From the IMG/VR virus record IMGVR_UViG_3300013131_000162, positions 1 to 30,927 of that record: 30,927 nt of DNA. The stretch is one strand, 5' to 3'. A program made the position numbers and the translations under genes. This document shows positions 25,675 to 30,927 of the stretch, piece by piece. The notes below the pieces were generated by a model, which had not been told where the DNA came from, did no database searches, and saw only the letters and a list, made by a program, of their open reading frames with translations. Source of the stretch: a virus (Duplodnaviria > Caudoviricetes). How positions within the stretch are numbered: the stretch's first letter is position 1; the number at the start of each line of letters is the position of its first letter.

Positions 25675-26586
25675 TTACTGGGGTCCCGACACAGCACCGC
25701 GCATGGTGGCGTTGAGGAACTCGCGGGCCTTCGCCGAGACAGCCTTGAGCGAAGCCGCCGTCCGATCTCTCGGAGACGCCTTCGGGTCGGGCTTGTAGTC
25801 GGGGCGGAAGTCCCGCGTGAGCGGCGTTCCCACGCTGGGGCTGGTCGTCTTGAGGTCTTGGTTTGCCAGACGCTGATCCCGTTCGGACTGGAGCTGTTCG
25901 GCCAGGAGCTCGCGCGCCCTGGTCGTTTCGAGAAGGGTGGCCTCGGCCAGATCCTTGCCGTCGTCGAGATGCCTCTGGATTCGCTCGCGCACGAGCTCTT
26001 GCAGCTTCGGACGATGCCGCAAAACCTCGTCGCTCGCCAGCACGGAGTCGATCTCGCTCGTCCGCTCCCGAAGCGTGTCCTTGCGCCGGAAGCCTTCGAG
26101 CTCACGCTCCAATGCCTGCTGCCGCACCGCGATTTGGTCCAGCATCCCCCTGGTTTTGGGGTCCGCATCGGCCCTGGTGTGGGCCACCTCGTCGTCGGCT
26201 TGGCTTTGATCCTGCCCGCGTAGCGCGGCCAGAACCTGCTCGGGTGTCGTGCGCCCTTCTTCGAGGGCGCGAACGGCCTGCGCGACCGCGTTGGCGGCGG
26301 TCGGGTTGCGGGCCTTGAAGTTCTCGAGCTGCTCGCCCACCGTCGCGTACTGCTGCTTGGCGGCGAGGGAGGCTTGCATTTCACGGAGACGCGCCTCCTT
26401 CTGGGTGTAGAGCATCCCGAGCTGGGCGTTCCGCGTCAGTGCTTCAACCTGCGCCTTGTCGGTCAGATCGACCTTCTGCGCAGAGCCGTTGAACTTGAGC
26501 TCGAGCTCACGGAGCCCCTGCGGGCTGCTTCCCGGCGGGGACTGCGGGGGCGTTGCGGGGTTCGGGTTGCTTGCTTCGGTTGACAT
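25675..26586 (-). CDS. Capsid scaffolding protein (303 aa)
   Basis: Pro-rich disordered N-terminus, LKFNGSAQKVDL…QLGMLYTQK (scaffold-like 'KVDG…YTQK' pattern), long charged coiled coils; immediately upstream of the capsid gene. Confidence 0.75.
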   Translation of the reverse strand: MSTEASNPNPATPPQSPPGSSPQGLRELELKFNGSAQKVDLTDKAQVEALTRNAQLGMLYTQKEARLREMQASLAAKQQYATVGEQLENFKARNPTAANAVAQAVRALEEGRTTPEQVLAALRGQDQSQADDEVAHTRADADPKTRGMLDQIAVRQQALERELEGFRRKDTLRERTSEIDSVLASDEVLRHRPKLQELVRERIQRHLDDGKDLAEATLLETTRARELLAEQLQSERDQRLANQDLKTTSPSVGTPLTRDFRPDYKPDPKASPRDRTAASLKAVSAKAREFLNATMRGAVSGPQ

Positions 26587-27067
26587 CGTTCGTCTCGGTC
26601 TTGGGGGCCTTGGGTTGCTCGCGCGACGGCAGGAACCTCTCCAGCTCCGCGCGGCTCATCTTGTGGGCGAAGCGGCGTTTCCACTCCGGCTCCATCGTGA
26701 TCGTCATGCCGAGCTTGCGGTCCTTGGCTTGCCCGACTCGCAGGCGCAGCGGAACGCGCTCCTCGCGCTCCAGCCAGCACTGTTGACAGATAATGTCGCC
26801 GGAGTCGCCCCAGAAGGCGCCGCCGCCCTCGGGCCGCCAGATGGCCGTCCACTGGCCGCCGTGCAGATCGGACCCGGCCTGCGGCTCGGAAAAGAACAGG
26901 ATGCCAACGTGCCTCGGGTTGCCGTTGCAGCCGTAAGCCCACAGCTCGTCGGAGACGACCTCGACTTCGGCAAGAGCCTTGCTCGCGTCTCGGTGCAGCA
27001 CGGCTTGCAGGACAGCCGCGGCGGCTTCCCTGGGGTCGTAGGCTTGGGGTGCGGGGATTGCGCTCAT
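26507..27067 (-). CDS. Hypothetical protein with possible Zn-binding residues (186 aa, MSAIPAPQAY…)
   Basis: ATGA-coupled to the portal stop; contains C-x5-H (GCNGNPRH) and CxxC (ICQQCW); its 3' end overlaps the scaffold gene by 80 nt. Confidence 0.7.
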   Translation of the reverse strand: MSAIPAPQAYDPREAAAAVLQAVLHRDASKALAEVEVVSDELWAYGCNGNPRHVGILFFSEPQAGSDLHGGQWTAIWRPEGGGAFWGDSGDIICQQCWLEREERVPLRLRVGQAKDRKLGMTITMEPEWKRRFAHKMSRAELERFLPSREQPKAPKTETNDVNRSKQPEPRNAPAVPAGKQPAGAP

Positions 27068-29163
27068 TGTGGGGCCATCGCTTTCGGTTTGCTGGGCTGG
27101 CCCTTCTGTCCGGCTCCGCCGGCTAGGGCCTGCTGCATCATGATTGCCTGCATCTCCTGCTGTTGCAAGATCGTTTGGTGAGCCCGGGCGTGGTGCTGGA
27201 TGATGCTCTGCGTGATCGGGTCGAGCTTGCGGAACTCCTCGGAGCGGATGAAGCGGACGAGGACGCGCATGTGCGCGCGGTGGTCGTCGAACTCGCCAGT
27301 CGGGTAGCCCTGCGTGGTAACGGGGGCGCCTCCTTCGCCTGATGGAGCCATCATGTCGATGCGCGGCTCCATCCAGATCGTCGGGTTCGTGATGATCTCG
27401 TCGATCTCGCGCTCCTGGTTCTCTTCCTCCTGGAGCCGGTCGGAGATGATTTCTTCGACGCCGCCGAACTCGAGGGCCTTGAACACGGCCTCGCGGTCGT
27501 CCGGGTTGTTCATCGGGTCGACGGCGCCGAGCTGGATCATCTCGAGCACACGCGCCCGGACGGCGGACGGCGAGCTGATGAGCTTGGAGCGGTCGACGAT
27601 GACGCGGAGGTCGGTCTGGAGGTCTGCGCGCGAGAATGACAGGGCGCGAAACTTCTTGTCCTCGCCGACGTAGCTGATGACGCGCTCGGGGGTGTACCAC
27701 TTTTTTGCCAGCGCGAGCATGTGCCGGCCGATCCGCTCCTTCGCCATGATGTAGTTCATGGCGGGATGCCCGAGCATCTTGTTCCGCTCCTCGAACACGG
27801 CTTCGAGCGCAGGGCCGCTGCGGAGCTGGCCGGGGAGCCTGGAGCCGTCGAGCGACTGCTGCGAGCTGATCTCGGCCATCTCGGCGCGAGCCATCTCCGC
27901 GTTCTGCACGACCTCCTTGGGGAGCTGCGGCGAAGGCGCGAACTTGATCTCGCCGCCGGTCGGGTTGTAGGTGTGGACGGTGCCCGGCGAGACGGTGAGG
28001 TGTCCGGTCGGGATCTCGCTGTTCTTCGGCACGAGCATCGCGGGATGCCCGTAGACCTTCTGGTGTTCGGCGATGGTCGCGCGCGCCAAGTTGTATTGGT
28101 GCTGCGGGCTCGTGAGCTGCTCGACGAGGCTGATGCCGATGAAGCGGCCTGGCGCCTTGATCCAGTCCTGCTTGATGAGCGGGATCGGGTGGCCGGTCAG
28201 GCGATACTTGTTGTCGCGGTTGACGAGGACGTGCCCGCCGGCGAAGTGAAGGTTGCGCCCGAGGTTTCCGTTCTGCGGGCGCGGGCGCTCCCAGTATTCG
28301 ACAAGAACCGTGCGCGGCCCCTGCGCCTCCTCGTCGTCGTCGTACTGCTGCACGGCGCCGTAGGTCGACGCCATGAAGCTGATCGCCTCGTCGTAGTAGA
28401 GCGAGCCGTCCAGTGCCTCGTCCGGCTTGACCATCGCGGCGGCCTTCGCGCCGTATGTCTCTTCGATGTAGTCGAGTGAGACGACCGAGGCTGTGGCACC
28501 CCACTGGGCGCGGTCGAAGCCGTCCTCGCGCGCGGTCCAGTCCCACCAGCATTGAGCCCACGGGAACGCCTCGGCGGACACCTCCCCGGAGGCGAGGTCG
28601 TCGTAGCTGCCCGACTCCTCGAGCATCGCGCGCGTGCGCTCGTCGGGATCAGGAAGCACGGTCTTGCCGGCCTCGTCGCCCCAGTAGAAGCGCGACATCT
28701 CGCCGGCCTCGGGATCCCACGCCACTTTCCAGATTACCGAGCCGTCCAGCGCCGCGTAGAGCGTCGCCACCTGCTCCTTCTCCGGCATCTGGAGGATGTA
28801 TTCAAGGTGCTCGAACACCTTAGTCGACACCCACGCCGCGTGCCGCGACTGGCGCGTGTTGTCCTTGGGCGGTACTACGAACTTGCCCTGGGCGTTCGTG
28901 ACGGTCAGGATCGACCGGAGCACGTTCCCGAGGATCATGTTCGCCTTGTAGAAGACGCGATGCTGCGGGACGTTGGTGGGGTTCTTGAGGCGCCCCGTCT
29001 GCTCGTCCTGGATGAAGTGCTGCTTGCCGAAGAAGAAGGCGCGGTTGCGGAGCACCATCCGCTCGAACGGCTTGCGACGAGCCGACTGGCCGTGGAAGTC
29101 GATCCTCTTTCGGATCAACTCGGCCGCGTCACTGTCGCTGATCTTGGCGTGCTTTCGCGCCAT
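27064..29163 (-). CDS. Portal protein (699 aa)
   Basis: Start at ATG 29163 (MARKHAK). Motifs FFFGKQH, KANMI, GSVIWKVAWDP, VLVEYWERP, GISLVEQLTSPQHQYN, RSGPAL, DDHRAH, and a Q-rich C-terminal tail; lies after the terminase. Confidence 0.9.
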   Translation of the reverse strand: MARKHAKISDSDAAELIRKRIDFHGQSARRKPFERMVLRNRAFFFGKQHFIQDEQTGRLKNPTNVPQHRVFYKANMILGNVLRSILTVTNAQGKFVVPPKDNTRQSRHAAWVSTKVFEHLEYILQMPEKEQVATLYAALDGSVIWKVAWDPEAGEMSRFYWGDEAGKTVLPDPDERTRAMLEESGSYDDLASGEVSAEAFPWAQCWWDWTAREDGFDRAQWGATASVVSLDYIEETYGAKAAAMVKPDEALDGSLYYDEAISFMASTYGAVQQYDDDEEAQGPRTVLVEYWERPRPQNGNLGRNLHFAGGHVLVNRDNKYRLTGHPIPLIKQDWIKAPGRFIGISLVEQLTSPQHQYNLARATIAEHQKVYGHPAMLVPKNSEIPTGHLTVSPGTVHTYNPTGGEIKFAPSPQLPKEVVQNAEMARAEMAEISSQQSLDGSRLPGQLRSGPALEAVFEERNKMLGHPAMNYIMAKERIGRHMLALAKKWYTPERVISYVGEDKKFRALSFSRADLQTDLRVIVDRSKLISSPSAVRARVLEMIQLGAVDPMNNPDDREAVFKALEFGGVEEIISDRLQEEENQEREIDEIITNPTIWMEPRIDMMAPSGEGGAPVTTQGYPTGEFDDHRAHMRVLVRFIRSEEFRKLDPITQSIIQHHARAHQTILQQQEMQAIMMQQALAGGAGQKGQPSKPKAMAPQ

Positions 29164-29164
29164 C

Positions 29165-29452
29165 TCACATCCTCGACATGGCTGCGTCGTCCAGGTACGC
29201 GGGCACGTCGTTGTGGATCCCATGCGGCCTTCCGGCAGTCTCAAGGACGGCGACCGCCTGGGCCTTGGCAGGATCCTGACTGCCGGCCAGCGTCCAGATG
29301 TGCCGGGCCTGCTCGGTGTTCATCTCCTGCTGGCGTTCGAGGGCGGCGGCGGTCTTCGCGTGCATGTCCCTGATCGTCCAACACAGCACGGCCCACCCCC
29401 AGAATAGGAGCGCGCACGCAACGACGGCCGCAACGGCTAGGCTAGTTTCCAT
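29165..29452 (-). CDS. Small protein with N-terminal transmembrane helix (95 aa)
   Basis: METSLAVAAVVACALLFWGWAVLCWTI is hydrophobic and is followed by a short coiled coil; start at ATG 29452 overlaps the terminase nuclease end by 11 nt. Confidence 0.65.
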   Translation of the reverse strand: METSLAVAAVVACALLFWGWAVLCWTIRDMHAKTAAALERQQEMNTEQARHIWTLAGSQDPAKAQAVAVLETAGRPHGIHNDVPAYLDDAAMSRM

Positions 29453-30164
29453 CCCAGAGCACTTCCTGTGGTGTTGGTTCCTCGGACGCCCCGAGCCTAA
29501 GCCTTTCTTCACGCCGACGCCAATAGGCTTCTGCCATGTCTTCCGGCGGCTTGTCATCCGGCTCGGCCTCCCCGGCGCTCCAGGCGTCGTCGACCATGAT
29601 GCTGGCGATGGCGTAGGCCATGACCCGGTCGTCGTTCTCGGTCGACTCGACCTTGCCCTTTTCCTGGTTCATGGTGATCGCCGCGAGCTCGTCAAGGAGC
29701 CCCTCGGAGTGAACCCGGGCGCCCCTGGCGATGGCGTCCCTCACCCGCTCGAGCATCACGAGGGTTGAGTGCGGGGTGCGCACCCAGCCCTTCTTGGCGA
29801 TGAACTTGCCAACCCGGTCGTCCCATTTCCGCTGCACCCAGAGGTTGTCGTATCCGTACTGGTGGCAGGCATCGTAGGCCCGCAGGCCGTGGGGGGATGG
29901 GTGCGTCTCAAAGGCGATGACGGCCGTGTTGTAGAACCACCCTAGGCGGGCGCAGGCGGTTCCCCACATGGTCGCCCGGTACAGGCCGTGCCACTCGGCA
30001 ACCTGCTCCCCGGTGTCCATCGCCAAGACCTGTGCGCAGGAATAGTCCCCGTCGCGGATGCCGGCCGAGGTGTCAACCCCGATGGCGTACTTCCGGCGGG
30101 GCTCTGGGTAGCAGTAGATCCGCAGCCCGCCGTGCGGGCTCTGGATGTGCTGGCCGTGCCTCAA
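29442..30164 (-). CDS. terL: Terminase large subunit, C-terminal nuclease (RNase H-like) domain as a separate ORF (240 aa)
   Basis: GLRIYCYPEP, YAIGVDTSAG, GDYSCAQV, EQVAEW, IAFE and NDDRVMAYAIA are TerL nuclease motifs. Proposed TTG start at 30164 overlaps the upstream TGA (TTGA), with GGAGGT 6 nt upstream. Confidence 0.85.
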   Translation of the reverse strand: MRHGQHIQSPHGGLRIYCYPEPRRKYAIGVDTSAGIRDGDYSCAQVLAMDTGEQVAEWHGLYRATMWGTACARLGWFYNTAVIAFETHPSPHGLRAYDACHQYGYDNLWVQRKWDDRVGKFIAKKGWVRTPHSTLVMLERVRDAIARGARVHSEGLLDELAAITMNQEKGKVESTENDDRVMAYAIASIMVDDAWSAGEAEPDDKPPEDMAEAYWRRREERLRLGASEEPTPQEVLWDGN

Positions 30165-30927
30165 TCGACCACCTCCACCTCTTCGGCGTCCTCGACTTCC
30201 ATGTCCGGCCCGGACCCGGGCAAGCGCCGGACGAGAAGCGCGTCGCCCTCGGGGTCGGTGATCTCCCCACGCCACAGGGGCTCGCTCACAGCGTCACGCA
30301 TCCGCTTGATGAGCAGGGGATCGAAGAACCGGGCGCCAGAGGCGATGAACGCCTCCTCTGGCGTGGCCGGGTACTCCTCGTGCAGTCGGTTCAGGTCGCG
30401 CTGACACAGCTCGGCCAGGGCGTACCGCCGCCAAGCGAGCTGATCGAAGTCAACATGGACGATGCCATGCCCGCGGCGCAGGTAGGTCGTCTCGAGCAGC
30501 GCCTTTTCCTCCTCGTCAAGCGTCTCGCGGATGTCCTGCTCGAGCTCGGGCGGCAGCGCCTTGCGGTGGATGGAGCTCCAGCGATACCCCTGATCGAAGT
30601 ACCACGGGAAGAAGATCGCCCTCCACCCGAGAACGATGGGCTTGCCCGGCCTCGACTTCTTCCAGGCGGCCTTGAACTCGCGGGCGAACTGATTGGAGTC
30701 ACCCTTCGCCGTCGACTCGCAGAATCCGTAGGTGTCAAGGGACGAAGGGAGGATCTGCCGCAGCGCGGCGATCTTCGATGAAGCGTCCTTCCACGATGGG
30801 CTCTCGGACTCGTGAAGGACTTGCACCGTGTCTCCGCGCCCGGGCTCGGCGACCTCGGCCGAGTCGACCACGATCTGCGAGAAGATCGGCTCGTCGAACA
30901 CGATCTGCGAGCCGGTGTCGGAGAGCA
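30161..30927 (-). CDS. terL: Terminase large subunit, ATPase domain (5' end outside the window)
   Basis: Frame is open to the window edge. GRGDTVQVLHESESPSW (Walker B region), FCESTAKG (coupling motif), FFPWY, QLAWRR and EEYPATPEEAFIASG are present; stops at TGA 30161-30163. Confidence 0.88.
   Translation of the reverse strand, partial: LSDTGSQIVFDEPIFSQIVVDSAEVAEPGRGDTVQVLHESESPSWKDASSKIAALRQILPSSLDTYGFCESTAKGDSNQFAREFKAAWKKSRPGKPIVLGWRAIFFPWYFDQGYRWSSIHRKALPPELEQDIRETLDEEEKALLETTYLRRGHGIVHVDFDQLAWRRYALAELCQRDLNRLHEEYPATPEEAFIASGARFFDPLLIKRMRDAVSEPLWRGEITDPEGDALLVRRLPGSGPDMEVEDAEEVEVVD
30171..30176 (-). promoter_or_regulatory. Shine-Dalgarno (GGAGGT) for the putative TTG start of the terminase nuclease gene
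   Basis: Minus strand reads GAG GTG GAG GTG GTC GAT TGA GGC; GGAGGT lies 6 nt before TTG. Confidence 0.6.

Larger units (their letters stand above)
1..30927. mobile_element. Tailed bacteriophage genome segment (podovirus-like morphogenesis module plus the end of a DNA-metabolism operon)
   Basis: Gene order terminase-portal-scaffold-capsid-adaptor-nozzle-ejection proteins-fibre; near-total coding density with coupled start/stop overlaps; no recognisable tape-measure, sheath or tube genes; no host housekeeping genes or att/integrase, so prophage versus free phage cannot be decided. Confidence 0.95.

Noticed and set aside
27068-28561. Upstream 1.5 kb of the 684-aa ORF 26507..28561
   Set aside because: Alternate frame of the portal gene kept open by codon bias; Arg-rich, non-protein-like composition.
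30165-30275. Track start of the nuclease ORF at 30275 (MAWGDHRPRG…)
   Set aside because: These residues are the alternate-frame reading of the ATPase tail; the SD and TTG at 30164 fit better.
30865-30911. Short direct repeat TCGCAGATCGTG (SQIV twice) in the terminase ATPase gene
   Set aside because: Two 12-nt in-frame copies at the window edge; compatible with chance or a small coding duplication, with no array.
1-30927. tRNA, CRISPR array, intron/intein, integrase or att site
   Set aside because: There is no intergenic room or repeat-spacer pattern, the terminase split has no intervening sequence, and no intein or recombinase motifs were seen.

Overview
A high-GC, gene-dense fragment of a tailed dsDNA phage with podovirus-like (P22/T7-type) architecture. 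Positions 602-30927 are one minus-strand late/structural operon with almost no intergenic space. In transcription order: terminase large subunit (apparently split into an ATPase gene and a nuclease gene), small membrane protein, portal, putative Zn-binding protein, scaffold, major capsid protein, decoration-like protein, hypothetical protein, head-tail adaptor, small virion protein, a 2559-aa tail nozzle-like protein with several LamG/concanavalin-like inserts, a 533-aa tail-associated protein, three ejection-like proteins (220, 514 and 2432 aa), an Ig-like protein, a tail fibre and a small holin-like membrane protein. Positions 1-646 are the end of a convergent plus-strand operon: a partial ORF, a 24-codon mini-ORF that looks like a relic of a C5 DNA methyltransferase gene, and a RuvC-like resolvase. 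The most notable points are the split terminase (SD plus TTG start overlapping the upstream stop), the methyltransferase relic, the oversized lectin-decorated nozzle, and an 11-residue periodicity in one ejection protein. I saw no tRNA, CRISPR array, integrase or endolysin. All functional calls come from motif recognition by eye and gene order; no database searches were run.
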